Of a stretch of DNA of 38,979 nucleotides, positions 8,598 through 16,741 are shown in pieces. The notes under the pieces are model-generated. The model made no database searches. It saw nothing but the letters and a program-made list of their open reading frames with translations, and was not told the origin of the DNA. The stretch is from a virus (taxonomy: Duplodnaviria; Caudoviricetes). Made by a program: the position numbers and the translations under genes. Positions within the stretch are counted from its first letter, which is position 1; every line of letters starts with the position of its first letter. The DNA lies in the IMG/VR virus record IMGVR_UViG_3300037502_002406, positions 1 to 38,979 of that record; one strand, written 5' to 3'.

Positions 8598-10717
8598 ATC
8601 CGTGGGATAAAGACATTCCGCTTGATGAATACGCACGGCGCCATCAGGGCGAACAACCGTATCCAGATGTCCCTGTCCTTCGGGAAGAACCGCCCCTGAT
8701 GGCTCGCATCGGGCGCGGCTTTCAGGATGTAATCGATGCTGGCGTTCAGAACTACCAGAACGCAGTTGGCGACCCCCGAATTGCCGAAGCGCTGAACAAG
8801 AACATCAGCGCCGAAAACGCTCTTTACGAGCAAGGGCAGGGCGGCGGGTTCGATGGCGGACGGCTGGTTGGCAACATGGCTGCGCTTGCCCCTGCTGGAT
8901 TGGCGGCAGGCCCAACGGCAGCTGGCGGGGCCGTGACAGGCGCTCTAGGCGGTCTGATGACGCCTGTGACCGACACCGAAGGCTCTACCCCTTTCTGGGC
9001 AAAGAAGGGCGCTCAGACGGTCTTCGGGACGATTGCCGGTGCGATTGCGCCGTGGGTGACGCGAAAGACGGTAGACATCGGCACGATCCCCATCAACAAG
9101 TTGGGTGCGTTTGCCAAGCAGAAGTGGATGAAGATGGGGTTCGGGCGCGCGCAGGAAGTGCTTGATGCGCTGGAAGAAGCGGCTGCAAAAGCCGGGGTGT
9201 CCTGGGGCGACCTTGATCAGGAAATGCACGCATCGATGGTGGATGACGCCATCAAAAGCCTGTCTGTTACCGGCGCATTGGACGCTGACGCAGTGGTGCG
9301 GAAGCAAAACTTCTCGCGCTGGGGCTATGAGCCGCTGCTAGGTCAGGTGACGCGCAATCCCCGGCAATGGACGCAAGAACAGAACCTTGCTCGACGTGAT
9401 GTCGGCGAAGCGATCCGCGACCGGCTCATGCAGCAGCAAGAGCAAATGTCGACGAACATCAAGCAGGCGGCAGACAGTTTCAGCGAATCCGGCGCGGCAT
9501 CGATTCAGGACGAAATGTACCGCGTTGGATCAAACGTCAAAACCGCTGCCAAAGACCTTGCACAGTCTTCGCAACGCATCGTAAGTCAGAAGTACGACGA
9601 AGCGATGAATGCCCCCGGAATTGGGCAGCGGGTTGCAAACGTCGACATGATGAAGTCCCGATTGACGGGGATCTACGATTCCTTCGCAGACCAGATCCCC
9701 GGCAACATCCGGGTCAAGATCGATGCGCTGGTGAACTCAGACACAAACAACGTCAACCGGCTTGCCCCTACAGCGCAGAACATCAACGGCGTCCTAAAGT
9801 TGGTGAATGCCCGCTACGGTGCCCCCGCCAACCCTGCCGAAGGCGAAGCGTTGGGGCAGTTGTCTTCTGTGCTTCGGGAATCCTTGGATGACATCGCCAA
9901 CAACGGCGGACAGGCGGCATCAGGGCTTCGGGAAGCCGCAAAGACGGCGGCGACCCGATTCGGGTTCGTTGGAAAGAACCGTGAGAACGCTCGAAAGATC
10001 GTTGAAGACCTGGTGGAAGGAAAAACGTCTTCGGACAAGTTCCTGATGACCAAGGTTATCAATGGCGACACTGACGCGCTGGATCACTTGCGCCGTTACC
10101 TGACGGTGTTTCCGGATGAGTTTGGCTTAGACGCCACCAAAGGAAAGGCCGCGTGGGACGGCATTCGCGGCGGCGTCATCCGGTGGATGGAAGCGCAGGC
10201 AAAGCCCGGGGCCACCTTCAACGGTGGGCAGTTGTACAAATCGTGGCAAAGCCTGGGCGCGCGGCGAAACGTTCTGTTCAACGCCAAAGAAATGGAAATG
10301 CTGAATTCGTTGACGGTTGCGGCTCGAGACCTGACGCAAGCCCCGGCGCTGGATTACGTGAACCGGTCCAACAGCGCAAACGCCGCAATCGATTTTGTCG
10401 CAAAGGCATCAAAGCTGCCGATGGTCGGGCGGCTGGCTACCGGGATTTTCCAAGAAGCCGAAATCATTTCGCAGTTGGCGCAGGGTGCGTCAAAGCGAGC
10501 GGCAGAAAAGGCAAATCAGCAGGCAGTGTTGCAGGCGATGATGCTACGGCAGCCGACGCAGAACGGGCTTGCGTCTACCGTTTTTGGCGGGGGGAATGTC
10601 GGTCCCGTCTTCGTCCCTGGCGTCGGCTACGGGGCCGCTCCCGCTGCCGGCATGTTGTCCGGGCGTGCGGCCGATCAGCTTCTCTATCCACGCCGCGAAG
10701 AGACGAACCAGCCCTAG
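8594..10717 (+). CDS. Large ejection/internal virion protein
   Basis: ATGA overlap; MNPWD start, Ala/Gly-rich hydrophobic stretch and NRSNSA motif near the C-terminus. Confidence 0.68.
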   Translation: MNPWDKDIPLDEYARRHQGEQPYPDVPVLREEPPLMARIGRGFQDVIDAGVQNYQNAVGDPRIAEALNKNISAENALYEQGQGGGFDGGRLVGNMAALAPAGLAAGPTAAGGAVTGALGGLMTPVTDTEGSTPFWAKKGAQTVFGTIAGAIAPWVTRKTVDIGTIPINKLGAFAKQKWMKMGFGRAQEVLDALEEAAAKAGVSWGDLDQEMHASMVDDAIKSLSVTGALDADAVVRKQNFSRWGYEPLLGQVTRNPRQWTQEQNLARRDVGEAIRDRLMQQQEQMSTNIKQAADSFSESGAASIQDEMYRVGSNVKTAAKDLAQSSQRIVSQKYDEAMNAPGIGQRVANVDMMKSRLTGIYDSFADQIPGNIRVKIDALVNSDTNNVNRLAPTAQNINGVLKLVNARYGAPANPAEGEALGQLSSVLRESLDDIANNGGQAASGLREAAKTAATRFGFVGKNRENARKIVEDLVEGKTSSDKFLMTKVINGDTDALDHLRRYLTVFPDEFGLDATKGKAAWDGIRGGVIRWMEAQAKPGATFNGGQLYKSWQSLGARRNVLFNAKEMEMLNSLTVAARDLTQAPALDYVNRSNSANAAIDFVAKASKLPMVGRLATGIFQEAEIISQLAQGASKRAAEKANQQAVLQAMMLRQPTQNGLASTVFGGGNVGPVFVPGVGYGAAPAAGMLSGRAADQLLYPRREETNQP

Positions 10718-10784
10718 GAAAAAGGGCATCAGGAACGCGATGAGAATGGGGGCGTAGTCTTGGTGACGCATAGGGCGCATCGTA

Positions 10785-12206
10785 ATGGCTGAGAGCAAGA
10801 AACGTAAGACCGCCCGCGAGCGACTGACGAGTCTGTTGGGCGACTTCCCCCAAGGCTTCAATGCCGGGATGCTGGCTGGCATCCCCGGCTGGGCGGGGGA
10901 CATCGGGTATCTGCTTCAGGAATACCCCCGGGCCCTTCTCACAGATACCCCTCTGAGACCGCCTGTCGAGTACGCGGGGACGACGGATTCAATTGCCAAG
11001 GCCGCAGGGTATGAAATCCCCGGGACGCTCTCAGGGCAACTGGGAGCGGCTGTGGGCGGGCTTCTCAGTCCGGGGCCGGGGGATCTGGCAAAGTTCGCGC
11101 CATTGCTTGCCGGCGTGATGCCTGTTGCAGATGACGCGGGACGCGCCGCTGGCATGTTGTCACTGCCTGCCGACGCCCGCCTTGAGACTGCTCGCAAGAA
11201 CGCAGTGTCCATGTTGGGGTTGCCAGAAAACAACACCGCTATGGATCGGGCAAGGGCAATGGGGTTTGAGCCTGGGTGGTATCACGGCACTGACGCTGAT
11301 GTTCAAGCATTCGACCCGGATCTGCTTGGCAGCACAACGCAGGCGAAGTCTGCTGAAAAAGGGTTTTTCTTCGCGTCAAACCCACGCAATGCAGGAAGGT
11401 ATCCAGCATATCAAGATGAGGTGCTGGATGATTGGCGCAATGCGCTTAGGCTAGACACTGCTGAAGGCGAAGCGGAATCAAAAGCACTGCGGCGCGAAAT
11501 TAACTCGACGATGCTTATGGGCGATGCGGAAAAGCGGGCGTGGATTGAGATACAAGACCCCAACAAGTATCCCAGCGTCACGTTTGATGACGTGCAAGGC
11601 ACAGATGCGGTGCAGTCGTTTTACAAAACATTTGGGCAAGAAAATCCGTATACCCAAGAGTATGCGGACGCATACGCCAAAGCGCACTCTCAAGCCGTCG
11701 CTGAGTTGGCCAGTCGGTTCAAAGATGATGAGTTCAAGTCCCGCTACCAAAGAATCAGGGCCGAAGAGCGGGATTACAATGATTACCTTAATGCAAGGCA
11801 ATGGTCTGACCGACTGAAACTGTCTGGCTTAGACGGCGAAGAATTCGATCCGATCAAGGTCGACAGCGCGCTTCAGCCCAACATAATCCCCGCGTACCTT
11901 CGGATGGAGAATCCACTAACGCACGATTACGCACGAGAAAGTTATCGCGATAGGGCCTACACGTCCGTAATCAAAGATGCCCTGCGTAACGGGAACGACG
12001 CCGCAATTTTAAGAAACACAGCCGATCCATTGCCAACAGATGTCGCGGTTGTATTTGACCCTTCGCGCATTCGCTCCCGCTTTGCCGCCTTCGACCCTGC
12101 GCGCATCAATGACCGTGATCTGCTGGCATCTCTTGCCGCCCTTGGCATCCTGACGACAGGCGGCATGTTGAGCACAAAAGACAAGAAGGAAAAAGACTTC
12201 AAGTAA
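10785..12206 (+). CDS. ADP-ribosyltransferase-fold (ART-PolyVal-like) protein, probably ejected
   Basis: RARAMGF...WYHGT, GFFFASN, NIIPAYLRMENP, GNDAAI and VVFDPSRIRSRFAAFDP motifs; Gly-rich ejection-like N-terminus. Confidence 0.78.
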   Translation: MAESKKRKTARERLTSLLGDFPQGFNAGMLAGIPGWAGDIGYLLQEYPRALLTDTPLRPPVEYAGTTDSIAKAAGYEIPGTLSGQLGAAVGGLLSPGPGDLAKFAPLLAGVMPVADDAGRAAGMLSLPADARLETARKNAVSMLGLPENNTAMDRARAMGFEPGWYHGTDADVQAFDPDLLGSTTQAKSAEKGFFFASNPRNAGRYPAYQDEVLDDWRNALRLDTAEGEAESKALRREINSTMLMGDAEKRAWIEIQDPNKYPSVTFDDVQGTDAVQSFYKTFGQENPYTQEYADAYAKAHSQAVAELASRFKDDEFKSRYQRIRAEERDYNDYLNARQWSDRLKLSGLDGEEFDPIKVDSALQPNIIPAYLRMENPLTHDYARESYRDRAYTSVIKDALRNGNDAAILRNTADPLPTDVAVVFDPSRIRSRFAAFDPARINDRDLLASLAALGILTTGGMLSTKDKKEKDFK

Positions 12207-12573
12207 GTCGAGCGATCACCCATTCCGACAACTTCATGCCTTCCGACTGAGCCCGCTTGACCCAGCCAGACTTTTGTTCCGGCGTACATCGAACATGAAG
12301 CACTGCGGTTGCCAAGTCGTCGCCGCGTTGAGCGTTGGTGTTTCCGGCATTCCCGTGAAGCCACTTAGGCGGGCGGCCAGCAAAGCCGTCCCTGTACCCG
12401 TCGCCTAGCTCTTGGCGGTGACCTGAAAAGCTCATCCACAAAGCATGCTCATCGTCCGACCCAAATCGCTCGCCGTGATGATGCCGCCGCAGTCCGCGCT
12501 CATAGCCACGAGCGTAATCGTCGTCTCCCGTTTTGGCCGCCGCCATGTATATCTGGAACTTCCGGTCATCCAT
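12199..12573 (-). CDS. Moron protein with C-terminal ribbon-helix-helix domain
   Basis: C-terminal LHVRCTPEQKSGWVKRAQSEGMKLSEWV; repeated Y-x-x-GY-x-x-G motifs at the N-terminus; start overlaps the upstream gene. Confidence 0.7.
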   Translation of the reverse strand: MDDRKFQIYMAAAKTGDDDYARGYERGLRRHHHGERFGSDDEHALWMSFSGHRQELGDGYRDGFAGRPPKWLHGNAGNTNAQRGDDLATAVLHVRCTPEQKSGWVKRAQSEGMKLSEWVIARLT

Positions 12574-12886
12574 TGAGTACATCCGCCTTGCTGATTTCGG
12601 TCACGGTGCCATCCGTGTCGATGCGAACAAACCCAGACCAGTTCCAGTTGTTGGCCGTCGATCCGACGCAGAAGTCGCGGAACTCGTAGACGCCAGGCTC
12701 AGTCACGTCGAAGCGGATCACGCCAGAACGCCCGGAACGGGATGCGCCGCTTGAGTCCTTGCGGCAGAAAGCCCGAGCAAGGCCATACTTCTCGTCCCGC
12801 CCTGTGATCTTGGCAATCCACGCTCGTGCGCCGTAGCCGCCGCCGCGAATTTCGGTAAAGGTGTCGTTCAGTTTGATCTGAGTCAT
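12566..12886 (-). CDS. Hypothetical moron protein (106 aa)
   Basis: Own promoter and AGGGG RBS; AWIAKITGRDEKYGLARAF motif. Confidence 0.7.
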   Translation of the reverse strand: MTQIKLNDTFTEIRGGGYGARAWIAKITGRDEKYGLARAFCRKDSSGASRSGRSGVIRFDVTEPGVYEFRDFCVGSTANNWNWSGFVRIDTDGTVTEISKADVLNG

Positions 12887-12927
12887 GTGGGGCCCCTGAT
12901 GGCCGGTTCCGCCGGCTCGGTAGCATC

Positions 12928-12955
12928 AGAATAGTGATTGCTGTGTATTTGTCAA
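12928..12955 (-). promoter_or_regulatory. Sigma70-type promoter for the two-gene moron
   Basis: TTGACA-16 nt-TATTCT on the minus strand. Confidence 0.65.
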
Positions 12956-13000
12956 CACAAACAAACCTTCTGATTCGTCATCAAGGAACGGGGCCATCCA

Positions 13001-13205
13001 TTCCGAAAATACAGTGGTTTCAGGGGCCGTTTCCAATTCGGAAAAGCCCCCATCAGGCTGTTGTGTTTCCTTGATTTGGCTCAGAATTGTGGCTCCTGGT
13101 GTCGCGGGTTCGATTCCCGTCAGCCACCCCATTTGAATCAATGCCTTGCGCTGACGACATGGATGGTCGTACAGCGGTTTCCGAAAACTGTTCCGAAAAT
13201 ACAGT
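13001..13205. mobile_element. attP: attP region: core, arm-type repeats and IHF-like site
   Basis: TTCCGAAAA repeats at 13001, 13179 and 13191 (TTCCGAAAATACAGT twice), an inverted TTCGGAAAA at 13037, and an IHF consensus AATCAATGCCTTG at 13136-13148, all flanking the tRNA-like core. Confidence 0.8.
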
Positions 13206-14627
13206 TATGAAGGCTGCCGCGACTTGCGGGAGGATCGCGTTTCCGTACCCGCGCAGTCGTCCCACACGGGCGGATACCCCATAAGCTAGAGGAAAGGCAT
13301 CGCGGGCATTCGCGTCGAAGGCTTCACCCCACACCGCCTGTGCGTGGCGTGCCAGAACTGATGACAGAACACGCACAGCGTCTGGAGGTTCGTCGGCTCG
13401 TTGTCCTTCCAGTCCTCGTTGACGTGGTGAACCTGCAAGCGGAACTTGCCACCACAGCACTCGCACGCCGTCTTGCGATGTTTCCTGGCCTGGGCGTGGA
13501 AGGCCTTGCGCGAAAGCCCACCTTTGGTCCGAGAGTTGGCGCAGGAAAGCGAGCAGAAGCGGCGCTTCTTGAACACTCCGTAGTCCTCCAGCCTCCCGCC
13601 GTTGAAGCGTTTGCGCTGCAAGCGAACGCCACACATCGAGCAGCGCGTCTCTGGCGCGGTCTTGGCTGGTCGCATCGGTCATTTCCTTTTCGATGGCGGC
13701 GACTTGATCGGCGCGCAATCGTCCCAGACTTTCGGGTAGCCCATCAGCCATCTGCTGAAAGACGGATTTAATTGGCCGCGTTTTTCCGTCTGAGCAGGGG
13801 AGCCAGATGATCTGTTCCCACGGGTTAACAGAGCCTGTCTCGGAAGCTGATCCAAGCGTTCCGTCCCATCCGCTCGCGGCTTTATCGGCCCCGTGTCTTT
13901 CCAGTCCCGCGCTGATAGCGTGACCCACCCCGCAAATCGTGCCGCGTCCAGCAATGTCGTGCCGCTGTTCTGTTTGCCCGTCTGCCGGCCCTGAAGGTTG
14001 CGTTTCAGTGTGGCGTTCGCTGAGAAATCGTCTTTCGTTGTTGGCGTGGGCCAGCAAGCCAACTGCGCTATTTCCGGCAATGACTTTGAAAAACCCTCTG
14101 TTGATGTTCCCGAGTGCTTGTTGGCTCTTGGCGTCGGCCACCCAGTACAATCGCTGCCGGATGTGCGGAGCCCCGACTGAGTGTGCGCCAAGATCCGCCG
14201 CCGCAACGGCGTAGTCTTCGCTTTCCAAGTCTGTTGCCACGGCATCCCACCACGCGTATCCAGCATGGCCGGCAACCTGCTCGCCAAAAACAATTCCAGG
14301 GCGGCACTCGCGGATGAGACGGAAGAACGCCGGCCATAGGTGTCTCTCGTCATCCGCTGCACGCTGCTTTCCTGCGCTTGAGAAGGGCTGGCAGGGGCAT
14401 GATCCGGTCCAGACGGATGCGTGATCGGGAACCCCAGCAAGTCGTAGTGCGTATGACCAGCCCCCGATGCCGGCAAAGAAGTGGCACTGGGTGTATCCGC
14501 GCAGTTCATCTGGTTCGATATCAACGATGCTTCGCTCATCGACAATTCCATCGGCGATGTGCCCCCCCCTGATCAGTTGTCTCAGCCATTCAGCGGCAAA
14601 CGGTTCGATCTCGTTGTAAAACACCAT
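13053..14627 (-). CDS. C5 cytosine DNA methyltransferase, alpha polypeptide (motifs I-VIII and X)
   Basis: FFAGIGG (I), GSCPCQPFS (IV), GEQV (VI), PHIRQRLYW (VIII), RLRGYGNAILPQV (X); start overlaps the integrase stop (TGATG). Confidence 0.88.
   Translation of the reverse strand: MVFYNEIEPFAAEWLRQLIRGGHIADGIVDERSIVDIEPDELRGYTQCHFFAGIGGWSYALRLAGVPDHASVWTGSCPCQPFSSAGKQRAADDERHLWPAFFRLIRECRPGIVFGEQVAGHAGYAWWDAVATDLESEDYAVAAADLGAHSVGAPHIRQRLYWVADAKSQQALGNINRGFFKVIAGNSAVGLLAHANNERRFLSERHTETQPSGPADGQTEQRHDIAGRGTICGVGHAISAGLERHGADKAASGWDGTLGSASETGSVNPWEQIIWLPCSDGKTRPIKSVFQQMADGLPESLGRLRADQVAAIEKEMTDATSQDRARDALLDVWRSLAAQTLQRREAGGLRSVQEAPLLLAFLRQLSDQRWAFAQGLPRPGQETSQDGVRVLWWQVPLAGSPRQRGLEGQRADEPPDAVRVLSSVLARHAQAVWGEAFDANARDAFPLAYGVSARVGRLRGYGNAILPQVAAAFITVFSEQFSETAVRPSMSSAQGIDSNGVADGNRTRDTRSHNSEPNQGNTTA
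13086..13131 (+). other. att core: 3' half of tRNA-His(GUG), anticodon loop to CCA; not a full tRNA
   Basis: TTGTGGC loop, GGTTCGATTCC T-arm and CAGCCACCCCA acceptor 3' strand; no D-arm or 5' acceptor strand upstream. Confidence 0.85.
13286..13675 (-). CDS. HNH endonuclease nested within the methyltransferase gene
   Basis: CSMC...FCSLSC zinc finger plus CECC...VHHVNED...N...NLQTLCVFCHQFWH; AAGGA RBS; frame differs from alpha. Confidence 0.85.
   Translation of the reverse strand: MRPAKTAPETRCSMCGVRLQRKRFNGGRLEDYGVFKKRRFCSLSCANSRTKGGLSRKAFHAQARKHRKTACECCGGKFRLQVHHVNEDWKDNEPTNLQTLCVFCHQFWHATHRRCGVKPSTRMPAMPFL
13679..14551 (-). CDS. C5 methyltransferase beta polypeptide (TRD and motif IX) in an overlapping alternative frame; true start uncertain
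   Basis: WPTP repeats, ARDWKD and GQLNPSFSRWLMGYPKVWD (motif IX-like), which are absent from the alpha frame. Confidence 0.75.
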   Translation of the reverse strand: MELSMSEASLISNQMNCADTPSATSLPASGAGHTHYDLLGFPITHPSGPDHAPASPSQAQESSVQRMTRDTYGRRSSVSSASAALELFLASRLPAMLDTRGGMPWQQTWKAKTTPLRRRILAHTQSGLRTSGSDCTGWPTPRANKHSGTSTEGFSKSLPEIAQLACWPTPTTKDDFSANATLKRNLQGRQTGKQNSGTTLLDAARFAGWVTLSARDWKDTGPIKPRADGTERLDQLPRQALLTRGNRSSGSPAQTEKRGQLNPSFSRWLMGYPKVWDDCAPIKSPPSKRK

Positions 14628-15592
14628 CAGTGACTCGGCGACTCAATCGGCTTCGCGTTATACCGCTCCGCCATCCTTGAGCTGGTGTGTCCGGTGAACT
14701 TTGCCCTATCCGCATCGGCCATGTCGGTGGCCCCGGCTCGTCTTAAGTCGTGGAAGTGGAAGCCTGTATTCAGGCGATGCCAGACGCTGTTGAACCCCGA
14801 CCGCGTGTAGCGCTGTCCTGATCGGTTATGAACCACATACCAGCACTCGACATTGCTGGGCTTTGGAAGCGTCTTGGCAAGATCCAGCGCCGCCTGAACA
14901 CGTGGCGTGATCTGCTTGATCAGTGGCTTCCCCGTTTTCTGTTGTTCCACGTGAATCCCGTCAGGCTTCACCTGTTTCCACGTCATGGACAGGATGTCGG
15001 CTTGTCTTAAACCCGTCGCGTAAGCCAGCTCCATCGCCACCTGAACGGGCGCAGACGCTCGCTGAAACGCTTTCTGGTACATCTCTTGGGTTACATATAA
15101 GGTCCGGACCTTCTCGCCCTTCCTAGGTTTTGTGAACGCGCAGGGGTTTGCTCTGACCCACCCCTGAGACGCGGCGTAACCAAAGATCGTTTTTAGCCAG
15201 GACAACTCGCGGTTTGCCCGGTAGACAGAAGACTTCCCCCGTGTTGAAACGTACCGAGTGATCTGTTCGGGCGTCACCCCTCGAGCGCGCATCTTTCCAA
15301 ACACCAGAAGAGGCTTCTGGCTACACTGCCGATAATCCGCCTGGGTCACCTTCGACAGATGCGCGAACTCATCTGACTTCCAATACTCCGAGACAATCCA
15401 CGCCACGGTGTCTTCGACAGGCAGCGCAGCGACCGCCTCCTGCCAGCGCTGGATGACCACAGAGGCGGGCTGATCCAGTCGGCAAAGGCGAACGGTCTTC
15501 CCCCCGGGGGTTTTCCACTCCCAACTGGACTTCCCGCGATAAACCCGCTTTGGCACCCACGCATCTGTGGGATCTTTTCTACGCCGCCCCAT
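14627..15592 (-). CDS. int: Tyrosine integrase
   Basis: TGLRQAD, QQKTG, FHDLRR and GHT...Y catalytic residues; likely start MGRRRK; near attP. Confidence 0.92.
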   Translation of the reverse strand: MGRRRKDPTDAWVPKRVYRGKSSWEWKTPGGKTVRLCRLDQPASVVIQRWQEAVAALPVEDTVAWIVSEYWKSDEFAHLSKVTQADYRQCSQKPLLVFGKMRARGVTPEQITRYVSTRGKSSVYRANRELSWLKTIFGYAASQGWVRANPCAFTKPRKGEKVRTLYVTQEMYQKAFQRASAPVQVAMELAYATGLRQADILSMTWKQVKPDGIHVEQQKTGKPLIKQITPRVQAALDLAKTLPKPSNVECWYVVHNRSGQRYTRSGFNSVWHRLNTGFHFHDLRRAGATDMADADRAKFTGHTSSRMAERYNAKPIESPSH

Positions 15593-15788
15593 CGAGAGCC
15601 CCCCAGTTGGGTTCATCAACGGTCTTTCGCTGAAGCATTGCGTCGGCCAGGACTTCTTCAAACACGCAGATTGACCCGTCAGGCCGAATCAGTGGCAGCA
15701 CGCCGATCTGCCTCAACACGGCGCACTGCTCCGAAGCAGTCCGCGCTCCTGTTATTTGGACAAGTCTTTGCTGGCTGATTTGCCTCAT
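15579..15788 (-). CDS. xis: Excisionase-like protein (DUF4224 type)
   Basis: L-x-x-ITG...Q...L...G...RPDG pattern; overlaps the int start. Confidence 0.72.
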   Translation of the reverse strand: MRQISQQRLVQITGARTASEQCAVLRQIGVLPLIRPDGSICVFEEVLADAMLQRKTVDEPNWGALDGAA

Positions 15789-16105
15789 AAATCCCCCCGC
15801 TCCCTGATCCGCTGCGCGCATTCATGGGCCGCGCAAGCACCATCTAGCGCCCATTGTTCAGATTCCAGCCGGGCGACTTCCTCGCAGAGCAGCGCGCACC
15901 GTTCGCGCTCGGCCAGCACAGCCTGACGCAGCCGCTCCTCGGCACGCTCAAGCGCACCACACGCATCCCACAGCAGCCGGTGGGGCTTATCCGACCAGTC
16001 GTATGCGCGCGGACCGTCGCCCGACACCGCAAGCCGCAGCTCGTAGGTTAGGTCAGTCGGCAAGTGCGGGATGCCCGCCAGCCGCTGAAGTTCCTGCTTG
16101 TCCAT
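15785..16105 (-). CDS. Hypothetical early protein (start uncertain)
   Basis: AERERCA...CAQRIRER motif common in phage early genes; coupled to xis. Confidence 0.6.
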   Translation of the reverse strand: MDKQELQRLAGIPHLPTDLTYELRLAVSGDGPRAYDWSDKPHRLLWDACGALERAEERLRQAVLAERERCALLCEEVARLESEQWALDGACAAHECAQRIRERGDL

Positions 16106-16195
16106 TTTGTTGGCACCACCAAAATGCTCTGCATCCCGCGTCATGTTTGTTTTGCTCCGGTTTTTCACCACGTCACCCAAACATGTAACCGTCGG

Positions 16196-16402
16196 TTACA
16201 CGTTGCCAGCCACCCACTTCGCCACGCCACCCGTCAACGCGTACTTGCCAGACTGCAGGAAGATGTAGGCCTGCCCGCTGCCGGGCACCTGCGCATAGGC
16301 CATCACGCGGTTTCCGCTGACTTCGTTCACCGTCACCAAGCATCCGCCAAACGTCTCGACGGCCTGGTCGATCTGGACGATGTCGCCAACTTCCAGCGTC
16401 AT
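16196..16402 (-). CDS. Hypothetical SH3-like small protein (ORF may extend to 16447)
   Basis: LEVGDIVQID start with GGAG RBS. Confidence 0.55.
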   Translation of the reverse strand: MTLEVGDIVQIDQAVETFGGCLVTVNEVSGNRVMAYAQVPGSGQAYIFLQSGKYALTGGVAKWVAGNV

Positions 16403-16439
16403 CACAGCTCCCGCGCCATGCGGATGATGTCGTCGCGTG

Positions 16440-16667
16440 TCATGCATCCCCCCTTGCCCGAATCACTTCGACAATGTGTTCCGCGTTGTTCTTCGACACA
16501 CACAAGTCTTTGACAATCGCGCAGCAGTCATCACGTTCTGTGCGGGTGATGAGTTCAACAAAATGCTGCAGATCATCGTGTTTGCAGGTCCACGGCTCAG
16601 GTGAGCCCACTTGAAAGTGAAAGCCTGCTTTCAGTGCCAGTCGAGCCAGTTGGTTGTGTGTCATCAT
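16440..16667 (-). CDS. Hypothetical early protein
   Basis: LARLALKAG...LQHFVELI...ERDDC...IRARG pattern; packed operon. Confidence 0.6.
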   Translation of the reverse strand: MMTHNQLARLALKAGFHFQVGSPEPWTCKHDDLQHFVELITRTERDDCCAIVKDLCVSKNNAEHIVEVIRARGDA

Positions 16668-16741
16668 TCCATGTCCTTGGCAATCAGAATGAGCACCACG
16701 ATGAAAACTGCCGCCGCTGCAATGAACAGTGTGTCGATCAT
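16664..16741 (-). CDS. 25-aa single-TM peptide (MIDTLFIAAAAVFIVVLILIAKDME)
   Basis: Fills the gap exactly, with ATGA overlaps on both sides; not in the ORF track. Confidence 0.55.
   Translation of the reverse strand: MIDTLFIAAAAVFIVVLILIAKDME

Noticed and set aside
13060-13131. Complete phage tRNA-His gene
   Set aside because: Only the anticodon loop to CCA is present. The anticodon stem has a mismatch and there is no D-arm or 5' acceptor strand, so it is an att core.
13286-13711. Group I intron or intein carrying the HNH
   Set aside because: Almost no non-coding space for a ribozyme core, no intein terminal motifs, and the HNH is in a different frame from the host ORF.
13053-14627. Classical type II restriction-modification pair (MTase + HNH)
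   Set aside because: The HNH is a small zinc-finger homing-type protein flanked by a target-like duplication. An RM role is not supported, though it is untested.
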